Below, piece by piece: positions 26,401-35,299 of a stretch of 36,173 nt of DNA. The position numbers and the translations under genes are program-made. Below the pieces are notes generated by a model. It was given only the letters and a program-made list of their open reading frames with translations. It was not told the DNA's origin and ran no database searches. Source of the stretch: a virus (Duplodnaviria > Caudoviricetes); IMG/VR virus record IMGVR_UViG_3300048575_000247, positions 1 to 36,173 of that record. One strand, 5' to 3'. Each line of letters begins with the position of its first letter. Position 1 is the stretch's first letter.

Positions 26401-28978
26401 GATCGTACAGAAGATGATCGCCTATGCGCTGGAAAACTACGTCATCGTCCCTGTTGTCGAGAGCTTCGTGGGGTCGGGCACGTCATCTTCCGGGTCGAGC
26501 CTCGCCAGCGCCCTGACCGGTAAAGGCTCGGGCAGCGGCGAGCAGTACCAGTTCGACTCCGCCGGCAACCTCACCGGTATATTGTCCAAATCTTCGACCT
26601 TGAGCGATTCGACTTTGTCCGCCCTGGACGCTTCGAAGCTCACCGGGCCGGGTGGCGTCTTCGAAGGCAAGAACATGACCGGATGGGTGAGCAGTGGCTC
26701 GTCCACCTTGTCCACGGTCGGTTCTCTGGCCGGTGGAACCCTGGCCGGGGCCGGCATCGGCTCCTTGTTCAACTCCGGGGACTCCATGACCGGCACGATC
26801 GGCGGCGCGGTCGGCGGGCTGGCCGGGGCGGGGGTCGCCGCGGCCACCTCCCTGGCCGGCACGGCCATTGGCTCGCTGCTCGGTCCCATCGGTGGCGCGG
26901 TCGGCGGGCTTATCGGGGGCCTGCTCGGAGGTTCCTCGACCAAGACCGAGGTGACGGGCTCGGGCATGCGTATCGGCGTGTCCGGCGACAGCAACACAGT
27001 CACGGGCACACAGTACACCCGCACCACCACCTCGGGCATGTTCGGCTCTTCCTCGGTATCTCATGGCATCACCGAAACAGGCCCGGCGGACGCCGAGACC
27101 ACTTCCGCCGTCAACGACGCCATGAGTGCCTACACCGTGGGCATCAAGAGCGCGTTCAAAGCGCTTGGCGTTTCTTCGGCCGAGGAGAGTCTTTCCAACT
27201 TTTCTTTTCCAAGTTGGGACGTCGCTCCCGGCCAGGAAGAGGACTTCTATCGCAACGTCAGTAACGCGAAAGTCGGCAAGGTGTTAGCCGACGCCGGCCT
27301 GACGGACGCCATTTCCGCCATCGCCAAAGAAAACGAATACTGGATTGACCAGATCGACCGACTGGGGTCGGCCATGACCACCGTGGGCACGACCACCAAG
27401 CAAATGGGCCTTTCCCTCGAATCCCTGGCTGGCGAGGACTACATTTCCGGGCTCGTGGACAAGATGCTGGCGGCCGGGGATTCGGCATCGAGCGCCGGCA
27501 TGGACTTCGAAGCCCTGGCCGGCGTGCTCGACGCCGACACCCTGGCCTCGCTCAAGGACATGCAGGCGCAAGCCGCCGCCACGGGCGAGGAGGTGCAGGC
27601 CACCAACGAGCAGCTGCGCCAGCTCGCCCTGGCGCAGTACGCCAGCGAGATCGTGGAGGCGTTCGGCTCCACCGATGCCGCCCAAAGCGCATTCAACCGC
27701 TATTTCACCAACGCCTACAGCAGCACCGAGCAGGCCACGCGCCTCATGCAATACTATGCCGAGGGCGCGGGCGAGGCCATCGGCGCGCTCAACGCCTCGG
27801 GCGTCTCCCTGGAAAACTTCTGGGCTTCGTACCGTACCGCCATGGAATCCGGGCCGATGAGCGCCGACCAGCTCAAAGCCTGGGACAACACGGCGCAATG
27901 GGTCGAGGCCTGGGACGGCTCCCTGAAAAACGCCGCACAGGCCTGGGATGACACCAACCAGACCGTGATCGACGGCATCAACGACCAGATCAAGGCGCTG
28001 GGCTCCCAGCGCGACGCCATCCAGAACACCCTGGATATGTGGTCGGATTTCCTGGCGTCCATCAAGGACCTGCGCAAGGAAATCAAGCTCGATGCGGACT
28101 TGAGCGATTTATCGCCCAAGGAAATCTACGAGCAGAAAAAGACGCTATTCGACCAGACCGCCGCTAAGGCCCGGGCCGGCGACGCAAAGGCCATGGCCGA
28201 GCTGCCCGACATCACCAAGGATTTCTTGCAGGCCTCCCGCGACTATTGGGCGAGTTCCGAGCAGTATTACGCGGACTTCAATCACGCGGACGAAACCTTG
28301 GCCAGCCTGGAAAACTACGCCCAGACCCAGGTCGACCAGGCGCAGGCGCAGCTCGACGCGCTCAATAACGAGATCGCCATTTTGCAGCTCCAGGTGAACC
28401 AGCTCACCCTGGTCAACACCAACCTGGGCACCCTCGGCAACTTGGTCGGCGACGGCATTAGCGCTGTCGTCGGGGCCATCAACAATTCGAGCTTCTCCAG
28501 CGCCTACGCCGATTCCATCGCCGCCGCCAACGCGGCCCAGGCCGATGCCGCCGCCTCGTTGCTGGCCGGCCTGGGCGGCTCCACGAGTTCCGATGCCGGG
28601 GAGAGCACGGGTGCGGGTTTTGAGTGGTCCGGTTCCACGGGCGGGCTGGAAGTGGACGAGGACGGCAACTGGCAATGGGTGGGCTTTTCCGAGGGCGGCC
28701 TGGCCCGGGGCGGCGTCCCGGGCGTGGACAGCATTCCGGCCAAACTCATGGATGGGGAGCGCGTCATCGACGCCAAGCACACACGCATCCTGGAGTGGCT
28801 GGTCGAGGGCGGCAACACGAGCCGCGTGGACACCGCCGGCATCGAGCGCCGCCTGGACGCCCAGATGCGCCTGGATGGCCAGGGCTACCGAGCTCTGGCC
28901 ACCGGTCTGGAGGCCCAGCGGTCCGCAACCCGCAAGCTGGCCCGGTCCGTGGACCGTCTGGCCCGGAGGGCGCGCTGA
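23459..28978 (+). CDS. Tape measure protein (1839 aa)
   Basis: Longest ORF; Ala-rich and helical; QMLSKGTVQAEEYRQQFAERIPGA motif; Gly-zipper segment; FSEGG...PGVDSIPAKLMDGERVI near the C-terminus. Confidence 0.95.
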   Translation: MTTPENRVRIVIEADNASGRRGIQETAQDLDSLKAKGQAVDLNGALKLDASAVTQPVTKATQALDAMGTTAKKAGDEAGAAMATAGAEIKKAGSEAEAGGKAGNTAMRNLGGGAAEARAQAEALGANLSDIRALAAQLVPILVAAFGVDQVISFANQVVGAAMAMEQLGATYQAVFKDAAAEQLRYAASMADAFGKSLLDVAGSYKKFAAAADAVGLSTANQQRTFEAVTAALTKVGGSSQDVAGALLALEQMLSKGTVQAEEYRQQFAERIPGALKMGADALGVTTAAFQKMMENGEVVSTEFIPKLATQLERFGDGWQATADTAQANAERLQNSFLELSNSPALTGLVSFIEKIGTAFNKNLTHNIEQVSVTVRSLMAEAKGDLSPFATWTNDLDSLKKQLEALDARKATWIKDLKDQAQGLSEALVNVQTHQVDFGPSGETVDQLRAKLKWFEDQIKELTGKTWVVNVVANVDNSQLVQAKAYIQDLIKGTAEVKARNLENEQYKLDNAVNTLSGRKAAAESKLTDPNLDMREKNDLSREIGSLDTDLQDATIAYRELKKQRDELAKAAPEYARGKLVADTWSKGGHDATDKAYRDYASGVWNLEADFNAGKYGDGPEAVADLKKALDGLWDQYNVKVDAAGKKTASAANAMARFESQGASYLQSAENQVDALAAQLGGDSLAADLAKVDCRYDQLGATIRKAMIGAKGDVADYQAALAKLEEARALEKQIAEIKAWGKAMDTAAATLKELGRLTGDPDLIFGGEKTAIDASSANQIREIEGRYQAEAEAIRKQVEAGGNLDAARADWAENERRRSEELANQETLNSLKTLEAKHSSLAELSGVSQEFWDIQWKLLDENLKRVKDNCDSETAYEAYAAKKRSELRKQEIEARLEYETDFLSTLKDALSLEFGLYKDDATRQRDSWVSLSKEIASGVHDLSSDIAAGATDAFKAWVTGSSSMADAFKDAMNSMLDYLMTIVQKMIAYALENYVIVPVVESFVGSGTSSSGSSLASALTGKGSGSGEQYQFDSAGNLTGILSKSSTLSDSTLSALDASKLTGPGGVFEGKNMTGWVSSGSSTLSTVGSLAGGTLAGAGIGSLFNSGDSMTGTIGGAVGGLAGAGVAAATSLAGTAIGSLLGPIGGAVGGLIGGLLGGSSTKTEVTGSGMRIGVSGDSNTVTGTQYTRTTTSGMFGSSSVSHGITETGPADAETTSAVNDAMSAYTVGIKSAFKALGVSSAEESLSNFSFPSWDVAPGQEEDFYRNVSNAKVGKVLADAGLTDAISAIAKENEYWIDQIDRLGSAMTTVGTTTKQMGLSLESLAGEDYISGLVDKMLAAGDSASSAGMDFEALAGVLDADTLASLKDMQAQAAATGEEVQATNEQLRQLALAQYASEIVEAFGSTDAAQSAFNRYFTNAYSSTEQATRLMQYYAEGAGEAIGALNASGVSLENFWASYRTAMESGPMSADQLKAWDNTAQWVEAWDGSLKNAAQAWDDTNQTVIDGINDQIKALGSQRDAIQNTLDMWSDFLASIKDLRKEIKLDADLSDLSPKEIYEQKKTLFDQTAAKARAGDAKAMAELPDITKDFLQASRDYWASSEQYYADFNHADETLASLENYAQTQVDQAQAQLDALNNEIAILQLQVNQLTLVNTNLGTLGNLVGDGISAVVGAINNSSFSSAYADSIAAANAAQADAAASLLAGLGGSTSSDAGESTGAGFEWSGSTGGLEVDEDGNWQWVGFSEGGLARGGVPGVDSIPAKLMDGERVIDAKHTRILEWLVEGGNTSRVDTAGIERRLDAQMRLDGQGYRALATGLEAQRSATRKLARSVDRLARRAR

Positions 28979-30522
28979 TGTACCTGCTCGAAGTCGAGGC
29001 CTGGGACATCCCCAACGGCCGCTTGGCCACGTTGCGGTATTCGACCGGAGGCCTGACCACGGCTCCGGACGACACCCCAGGCAATGCCTATTACGCGCCG
29101 CTCCTTGCCGTGCCGGCATCCTTCGAGGCCGGGGTCTTCAAAGATGGGGTCACGGGCGGGGCCGGAGATATTTCGATTGGGGAAATCGAGCTGGTGGCCC
29201 TGTCCGGCAGCTTGGACTGCCTGGATGGCTTTGCCCTAGACGGACGCACGTTTACCTTGCGCTATGCTCCGGATTTCCGGGTGGACACGGCCGAGACCAT
29301 CATGACCGGGGTGATTGAATCCCTGGAACTCGGCTGGAAACGTGCCATCCTCAACATCCGCGACCGGCGGGCGGAACTCGAAAAGCCGATCCAGACCAAC
29401 CTGTACGCCGGCACCAACAGCGGCCCGACCGGCGTGGAGGGCGACGCCAATCTCAAGGGCAGAGAGAAGCCCTTGTGCTTTGGACACTGCCTCAACGTGC
29501 CCACCATCCAGGTCAACGCCTCGACCCTTATTTATCAGGTCCACGACGGTCCCATCGCCGCCATCGAGACCGTCTACGACAAGGGCTTGGCCCTGGCGGC
29601 CACGACCGATTACCAGACCGTGGCAGCGCTTCAGGCCGCGACCTTTGCCGCCGGCCAGTATGCGACCTGTCTGGGCTCGGGAATATTTCGCCTCTGGTCG
29701 AAACCGGCCGGGGCCGTGACCGCCGACGTGCGCGGCGACGCATCGGGCGGCTACGTGTCGACCGTGGCCGGCATCATGGAACGCATCCTGCGCACTCGGG
29801 CCGGCTATGGCAGCGCGGATCTGTCCGCCGCCGACTTCGCGGCCCTGGCCGCCGCCAATGCGGCGGAGGTGGGGCTTTACATCGCTGCCGGCGACTCCAC
29901 GGACATGGACCAGGCCCTAGACCAGCTGGCCCGATCCATTGGCGCGTGGTGGACCTTCGACCGGTTCGGCGTTGTGCGGGTCGGCCGGTTCGCGGCCCCG
30001 GCCGGCGATCCGGCGATGGAGTTGACGCCTGTCGAGATCCTGGCCGGCGACGACGGCGGCATCGAACAGATCCCGGCCAACGATGATGGCAACGGCGTGC
30101 CTGCCTACCGGGTCTCGCTGACCTACGGCCGTAACTGGAGCGTGCAGCGCGACAACGACCTGGCCGGAGGCGTCGCGGACGCTCGCCGGGCCTGGCTGGC
30201 GGAAAGCACCCGCACGGCCGTGGCCGAGGACGCGACGATCCGGGACGTCCACCCCCTGTCGCCGGACATCTCCGTCGAGACTCTGCTCGTGGACGTAGCG
30301 GCGGCCCAGGCCGAAGCGGCCAGTCTGCTGGCGCTCTACGAGGTGCGACGCCAGCGGTTCCGGGTGCGGTTGCGGCCCCGTTACGGCCTGGCCCTGAACC
30401 TCGGGGATGTGGTGCGACTGACCGTCCCCCGCTTTGGCCTGTCCGCCGGCAAGCTCTTTACCGTCCTCGGCCTGGCTCCGGATTTCGAACAGCACGTGGT
30501 GGAGGCGGACCTCTATGGCTAA
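28978..30522 (+). CDS. Tail tip/hub protein (514 aa)
   Basis: TGATG coupling to the tape measure; GREKPLCFG.C.NVP, YQVHDG, LNLGDVVRLTVPRFGL. Confidence 0.7.
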   Translation: MYLLEVEAWDIPNGRLATLRYSTGGLTTAPDDTPGNAYYAPLLAVPASFEAGVFKDGVTGGAGDISIGEIELVALSGSLDCLDGFALDGRTFTLRYAPDFRVDTAETIMTGVIESLELGWKRAILNIRDRRAELEKPIQTNLYAGTNSGPTGVEGDANLKGREKPLCFGHCLNVPTIQVNASTLIYQVHDGPIAAIETVYDKGLALAATTDYQTVAALQAATFAAGQYATCLGSGIFRLWSKPAGAVTADVRGDASGGYVSTVAGIMERILRTRAGYGSADLSAADFAALAAANAAEVGLYIAAGDSTDMDQALDQLARSIGAWWTFDRFGVVRVGRFAAPAGDPAMELTPVEILAGDDGGIEQIPANDDGNGVPAYRVSLTYGRNWSVQRDNDLAGGVADARRAWLAESTRTAVAEDATIRDVHPLSPDISVETLLVDVAAAQAEAASLLALYEVRRQRFRVRLRPRYGLALNLGDVVRLTVPRFGLSAGKLFTVLGLAPDFEQHVVEADLYG

Positions 30523-31381
30523 GGGGTTTTTGGCCTTCCCGAACCGGGCCGATGCGGCCGTGCTTTCCGGCGGCGATTGGCAGATCGGTCTGGAGGCGGT
30601 CCAGGACCAGGTCCTGGCCAGGGTAGCCCGCACGGCCAGTTGCGATCCTTTGGCCACGATCATGGACGTGGAGATGAGCCGCGCCGATGCCGTGCGCATC
30701 ATTGTGGTCTGCTCTCATACCATGGACCTCGACGGCCGCTGGCGCGTGACCGCCTACGGCGACGCCGGGCGCATGGACCTGCGTTACGATTCCGGCGACC
30801 TGCCCGCGTTTCCCAGGGTATTTTCCTGGAGGGACCTGCGCTGGGGCGATTCGAACTTCTGGGGCGGCCGCGTCGCGGCCGAGGATATCGACCTCTACCC
30901 CCGAAACGCCATCCACATTCTGCCGAGCCACCTCCGCTATCGGTGGTGGCGCATCGCGCTGTCCAACCCCACCAACGCCAAGGGCTACCTCGACGTGGCC
31001 CGGGTCTACATGGCTCCGGGCTGGCTGCCGCAGTGGAATTTCACCCTCGGGGCCGGGCTCTCCCATGAAACGGATACGCTGGTCGATCAGGCCCTGGACG
31101 GCCACGAGGAGTATGACCGCCGCGAGCCTCGGCGCGTGGTCACCATCTCCTTTGACAACATGGATCTGGTCGAGGGCGTCAATCAGGCCATGGCGCTCCA
31201 GCGCCGGGCCGGCATCGATAAGGACCTCTTTTTCTGCTGGGACCCGGGCAACCCTTTGCTGCTCCAGCAGCGGTCCTTTCTCGGGCATCTGCGCAGTCTG
31301 ACATCGCTCGATTTTCCCTTTGTCGGCATGACCAACATGGCTTTTGAAATCAAGGAAGTTGCCTGGAGGGCACCTCTATGA
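30515..31381 (+). CDS. Minor tail protein (288 aa)
   Basis: GGAGG RBS; RYRWWRIALSNPTN..GYLDVAR; tail module position. Confidence 0.65.
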   Translation: MAKGFLAFPNRADAAVLSGGDWQIGLEAVQDQVLARVARTASCDPLATIMDVEMSRADAVRIIVVCSHTMDLDGRWRVTAYGDAGRMDLRYDSGDLPAFPRVFSWRDLRWGDSNFWGGRVAAEDIDLYPRNAIHILPSHLRYRWWRIALSNPTNAKGYLDVARVYMAPGWLPQWNFTLGAGLSHETDTLVDQALDGHEEYDRREPRRVVTISFDNMDLVEGVNQAMALQRRAGIDKDLFFCWDPGNPLLLQQRSFLGHLRSLTSLDFPFVGMTNMAFEIKEVAWRAPL

Positions 31382-31890
31382 GCGCCTTGACCGAAGCGCT
31401 GGCGCGTCTGCGCCAGTACAACAGTAATGGCTACAATGCCCTGACCAACCCGCACGGCATGGGGGATGACGGCTACGAAGATGAGTTTCCCCGCGCTCTG
31501 AACGATACGGCCACGGCGATATCGACGGCGGTCGACTTGGTGGACATGGCCAGGGCAGCGGCCAACCAGGCTGGAAGCTGGCTCCCTGAGACGCTGCCCG
31601 TGGCACGTCTCTCCGCGACACAGATCGCCATCATAGGCCCGGAAGCAGCGGCGCTGCCCTATAAACTCCGCCGTCGATTGAGGCTGATCCAGACGACATC
31701 CGGCATCGGTTACGTCGAGAGCGCCGTCCATGACGCCCAGGCCGGCCGGGTGGTGGTCACGGTGTCGGGAGTGGCGGTGGACGCCGGCTTGGCTGAGGTG
31801 TGGATAGGCCAGGACCCGGATAACGCGCCGCAATCTGCTGTGGGCGGCAGCTTTTCCATTTTGCAAAAGATCAATTTCAACGGCTTCTAG
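31378..31890 (+). CDS. Putative tail protein (170 aa)
   Basis: ATGA-coupled, GGAGG RBS, tail module position. Confidence 0.6.
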   Translation: MSALTEALARLRQYNSNGYNALTNPHGMGDDGYEDEFPRALNDTATAISTAVDLVDMARAAANQAGSWLPETLPVARLSATQIAIIGPEAAALPYKLRRRLRLIQTTSGIGYVESAVHDAQAGRVVVTVSGVAVDAGLAEVWIGQDPDNAPQSAVGGSFSILQKINFNGF

Positions 31891-31902
31891 GAGGCAAGCA
31901 CC

Positions 31903-32292
31903 ATGGCCGCCAATACCAACCCGATCCACCCTGGCGTCCCGGTTAACCCGCCGGCCACCATCGTCAACGCCGACTCGACCAACAAAAAGACCATCATGAC
32001 CGCCGGAGAGAACGGAACGCGCTTGGACTCCCTGCACATCTGCTCCGACGACACGTCCTCGGCCAACCTCAACTTCTACCTGACCGTAGGCGGCATGGAC
32101 CACTTTATCGGCCAAGTTGCCGTCCCGGCCGGGTCCGGGGCCGGGTCCACCCCCTGGCAAGAAGGCTTGGCCACCCTGAACGGCAACGCGGCCATGGTTC
32201 TGGCCGCCGGAACCACTCTTAAAGTCTCAGCGGCCGTGGCTGTGACTGCCGCCAAGACCGTGACCGTCATCGCCTTTGGCGGCGACTTTTAA
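31903..32292 (+). CDS. Putative tail-associated beta-rich protein (129 aa)
   Basis: AGGAGG RBS; MAANTNPI...TAGENGTRLDSL...VIAFGGDF. Confidence 0.65.
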   Translation: MAANTNPIHPGVPVNPPATIVNADSTNKKTIMTAGENGTRLDSLHICSDDTSSANLNFYLTVGGMDHFIGQVAVPAGSGAGSTPWQEGLATLNGNAAMVLAAGTTLKVSAAVAVTAAKTVTVIAFGGDF

Positions 32293-32302
32293 GGGGGCCA
32301 AA

Positions 32303-33529
32303 ATGCCGCAATCTGCATTCGACTACAAATTGCCGAGCCAGGTACAAGGGGCGGCCTGGACCCAAAACATCTCCGTCGCCCCGGCGGGTTCTCTTGCCGC
32401 GCCACTGTTCAGCCTTTATCCGTCCCTTGGAGACGTGACAATTTCCACGGCCACCAACATAGATACGGTGAAAGACGGACCAGTAAAGGTCGTTCGTTTT
32501 GGTAACCTGACGGTTAACGCCCTCCTGTCGGTGACGAATCGTTGCCGGGGATTAATGATCCTCTGTGACTCCATCACAATCGGCGCTTCCGGCGGTATCT
32601 CCATGACCGGAAAAGGAGCCAAAGGCGCTTCCAACTGGCCTGTAGTTGATTTTACCATCCCCTTTTCGGTGCGGCTTTCGGCCTCACGTATCAATCCACA
32701 GGATGTCCTCAAATACATCCGTGATAATGGTATTTGGATCGGTGACCCCGTATTTTGGGCTTTCCCGGACTCTGACGTGGCAGACTGCCGGGCTGTGATT
32801 ACGCCGGGCTCTGTGACTTTGCTGTCTGCTGCGGGGTGCGGACTTGGTGGAAACGGCGTCGGTTGTGTGAACGCACGCTACACGGGAAATACGGGAGGTG
32901 CCGGGTCTAATGGTGGCACGGGTGGCGGTGCCTCCGGTGGAGCTTACAGTCAAACCTCTTCCGGTGCTGCCTTTGCTCCTGGCGGGGGAAGGGGGTGGCC
33001 GTGGGGCGGTGGCCCAGCCTCTGGGGCGGTATGTAACAATGGACTAGCCTACTCTTTTGACTCTGGATCAGTGTCAACTCCTTCGCCGGAAGTCGGCCCC
33101 TACGGCGGAAAGGCCGGCGAAGCCGTCGGGCAGAATAGCGCGGCAGGAGCGGCTGGAAATCCCGGTGGGGGTGTCCGTGGTGATTACGGTGGATCGCCAT
33201 TGCCCGGCAGTGACGGAACCGGCGGCGTTTTGATCAAAATTTGCCGTGGCAACGAAAGTATCGCGTCCGGTGCCGTTGTTCAGTCTGACGGAACGCCCGG
33301 AGGGGCAATAACGGGCACGGTTTCCGGGTATTGGGGTTTTGGTGGCGCTGGTTCGGGGGCCGGGCACATCTCCAACATTTGCGGTGGCACATATACTAAT
33401 AACGGGACGGTCCGAACCAATGGCGGGCTGGGTGGAATAGCCAGTGGAGCTGGAGCAAATTATACTGGCGCTCCTGGTGGTGCCGGTTCCGTGGTTACAA
33501 AAACTTATGCCCAAATGGGCTGGAGTTAA
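32303..33529 (+). CDS. Glycine-rich tail fibre/receptor-binding candidate (408 aa)
   Basis: AAGGGGG RBS before ATG 32303; strongly Gly-rich C-terminal half; more A/T-ending codons than neighbours. Confidence 0.65.
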   Translation: MPQSAFDYKLPSQVQGAAWTQNISVAPAGSLAAPLFSLYPSLGDVTISTATNIDTVKDGPVKVVRFGNLTVNALLSVTNRCRGLMILCDSITIGASGGISMTGKGAKGASNWPVVDFTIPFSVRLSASRINPQDVLKYIRDNGIWIGDPVFWAFPDSDVADCRAVITPGSVTLLSAAGCGLGGNGVGCVNARYTGNTGGAGSNGGTGGGASGGAYSQTSSGAAFAPGGGRGWPWGGGPASGAVCNNGLAYSFDSGSVSTPSPEVGPYGGKAGEAVGQNSAAGAAGNPGGGVRGDYGGSPLPGSDGTGGVLIKICRGNESIASGAVVQSDGTPGGAITGTVSGYWGFGGAGSGAGHISNICGGTYTNNGTVRTNGGLGGIASGAGANYTGAPGGAGSVVTKTYAQMGWS

Positions 33530-33532
33530 TCC

Positions 33533-34051
33533 ATGGATATCATCCTGTTGCACAGCGCCATGGTCGCGCAATCCCGTGACCTCCTGGCCTCCCTCGGCGT
33601 GGCCATCCCCGAAGGCGACGACGTGACCGTGACGGTGGTATCGGACACCGTGCGGATCATCAGCAAGCACAAGCTGGCCGTGGCCGCCATTCCGGCATTC
33701 CCTGGCTATCCGACGGCGGCTTTGACCGTGGACGGGAAGCAATACGTCCTCCAGTTCCCCACCTCTTGGGCCGAGGTTACGGCATGGGCGGCTAACCCGG
33801 TGCCCACGGTGACCAAGCCAATGGCCATGACTCACCTAGCCTTCCGGAAAAGATTTACATTCACTGAGCGGACAGCCATCGAAACGGCGGCCGTGACGGA
33901 CCCGGAGGTCAGAACCGTCCAGAAGGATTTTGAGGCGGCCCAGGAAATCGACCTGACCTATCCTGACACGATTCAAGGGGTGGGACTGCTCGTGGCGAAA
34001 GGACTTCTGACCCAAGCCCGCGCCAATGAGATCCTGGGGGTGACGTCATGA
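33533..34051 (+). CDS. Putative tail fibre assembly protein
   Basis: C-terminal THLAFRKRFTFTER.AI...IDL...G...LV..GLLT.ARA.EIL, a pattern seen after fibre genes. Confidence 0.6.
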   Translation: MDIILLHSAMVAQSRDLLASLGVAIPEGDDVTVTVVSDTVRIISKHKLAVAAIPAFPGYPTAALTVDGKQYVLQFPTSWAEVTAWAANPVPTVTKPMAMTHLAFRKRFTFTERTAIETAAVTDPEVRTVQKDFEAAQEIDLTYPDTIQGVGLLVAKGLLTQARANEILGVTS

Positions 34052-34977
34052 CACGCCGACTCCTGGCCATAGACGGCGGCGGCATCTTGGGCCTGATCCC
34101 GGCCCTGGTCCTGGCCGAGATCGAAGCCCGGGCCGGACGGTTGGCCGGTCAACTCTTCGACCTGGTCGCCGGCACCAGCACCGGCGGCATCATCGCCAGC
34201 GCCGCGGCCGCCGGCATCCCGGCCAAGGACGTGGCCGAGCTCTACCGCCAGCGGGGCAAGGACATTTTCTCGAAGAACCTATGGCACCGGCTGGCCACCG
34301 GTTTCGGGCTGTGGGGGCCGCAGTACGGGGCCAAGGGAATCGAATCCGCCCTGGCCGGCGTCTTCGGCGATTTGATGCTGTCCGATTGCGCGGTGGAGCT
34401 ACTCGTGCCGGCCTACGACATCGGGGCCAGGGCACCGCTGTTGTTCAAGTCGGCCAAGGCCCGGGAGCCCCGGCGCAACTACTTCCTTCGTGACGTCTGC
34501 CGGGCGACCAGCGCCGCGCCGACGTACTTCCCGCCGGCCCGCATCACGTCCCTGGCCGGCGAGTCGGTCACGCTGGTGGACGGCGGCCTTTTCGCCAACA
34601 ACCCGGCCGCGCTCGCCTTGCCCCAGGCGGCTAAGACCGACCGCCTGGACCAGGTGGTCATGGCGTCCCTGGGGACCGGCGACATCAACCGGCCGTACCT
34701 CTACAGCCAGGCCCGCAAATGGGGCCTGGCGCAGTGGGCGCGGCCGCTGATCGGCTGCATGTTCGACGGCCAGTCCGACGTTTCCGCCTACGGCTGCGAG
34801 GTGCTCCTGGGAAGCCGCTACGTCCGGCTCCAGCCAGCCTTGCCCCGCGCCCTGCCCCTTGCCGACGCCAGCGACGCCGCCCTGGAAACCCTCGAGGCCG
34901 TGGCTCGCGGCCTCATCGCCGAGCGGGATGCGGAGTTGGACCGGATTTGTGAGATGCTGCTGCCCAAGGCGGCATAA
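34048..34977 (+). CDS. Patatin-like phospholipase
   Basis: DGGG oxyanion motif, GTSTG nucleophile, SAAPTYF and DGGLFANNP all intact. Confidence 0.93.
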   Translation: MTRRLLAIDGGGILGLIPALVLAEIEARAGRLAGQLFDLVAGTSTGGIIASAAAAGIPAKDVAELYRQRGKDIFSKNLWHRLATGFGLWGPQYGAKGIESALAGVFGDLMLSDCAVELLVPAYDIGARAPLLFKSAKAREPRRNYFLRDVCRATSAAPTYFPPARITSLAGESVTLVDGGLFANNPAALALPQAAKTDRLDQVVMASLGTGDINRPYLYSQARKWGLAQWARPLIGCMFDGQSDVSAYGCEVLLGSRYVRLQPALPRALPLADASDAALETLEAVARGLIAERDAELDRICEMLLPKAA

Positions 34978-35122
34978 GTGGAGCAGGCGGGACGGAGGCA
35001 ACCGTCCCACTGGCCCGGCGCGGTAACGCCGGTCCACCGGCTTGCGCCAGCTGCTCCCTCCCCTGGGGGACCAAGGGTGACGAGGGCGTAGCAGCGCGAG
35101 CGCAACCTGTAAAGAGAAGGAA

Positions 35123-35299
35123 ATGAGGGAGATTCGTTGCGGATCGTGTAATCGTCTGTTGGCCAAGGGAGAGGCCATAGAACTCTCCATCAAGTGCCCG
35201 CGCTGCGGGACCATGAATCTCCTGAGGGCCGCGAGCCCCGGAAAAGAGCCCCAAGAGGCCCATTCAGGAGATCAAGTTGTATGTCGGGAGTTTGTTTAG
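35123..35299 (+). CDS. com: Com-family zinc-finger translational regulator (58 aa)
   Basis: Hand translation MREIRCGSCNRLLAKGEAIELSIKCPRCGTMN...; GAAGGA RBS; overlaps the MTase start; below the ORF-track cutoff. Confidence 0.9.
   Translation: MREIRCGSCNRLLAKGEAIELSIKCPRCGTMNLLRAASPGKEPQEAHSGDQVVCREFV
35217..35272 (+). promoter_or_regulatory. RBS-sequestering hairpin with tandem GAGNNCC motifs
   Basis: ATCTCCTGA-GGGCC (35217-35230) pairs with GGCCC-AT-TCAGGAGAT (35257-35272), covering AGGAG. Confidence 0.7.

Noticed and set aside
26798-26910. Near-identical repeat ATCGGYGGCGCGGTCGGCGGGCT in the tape measure gene
   Set aside because: Encodes the repeated IGGAVGGL glycine-zipper peptide; ordinary for tape measure proteins.
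31378-34051. DGR or invertible tail-fibre system
   Set aside because: No reverse transcriptase, invertase, duplicated fibre end or TR/VR-like repeat pair seen.
34048-34977. CBASS defence operon
   Set aside because: No CD-NTase or Cap2/Cap3 gene in the window; only the patatin.
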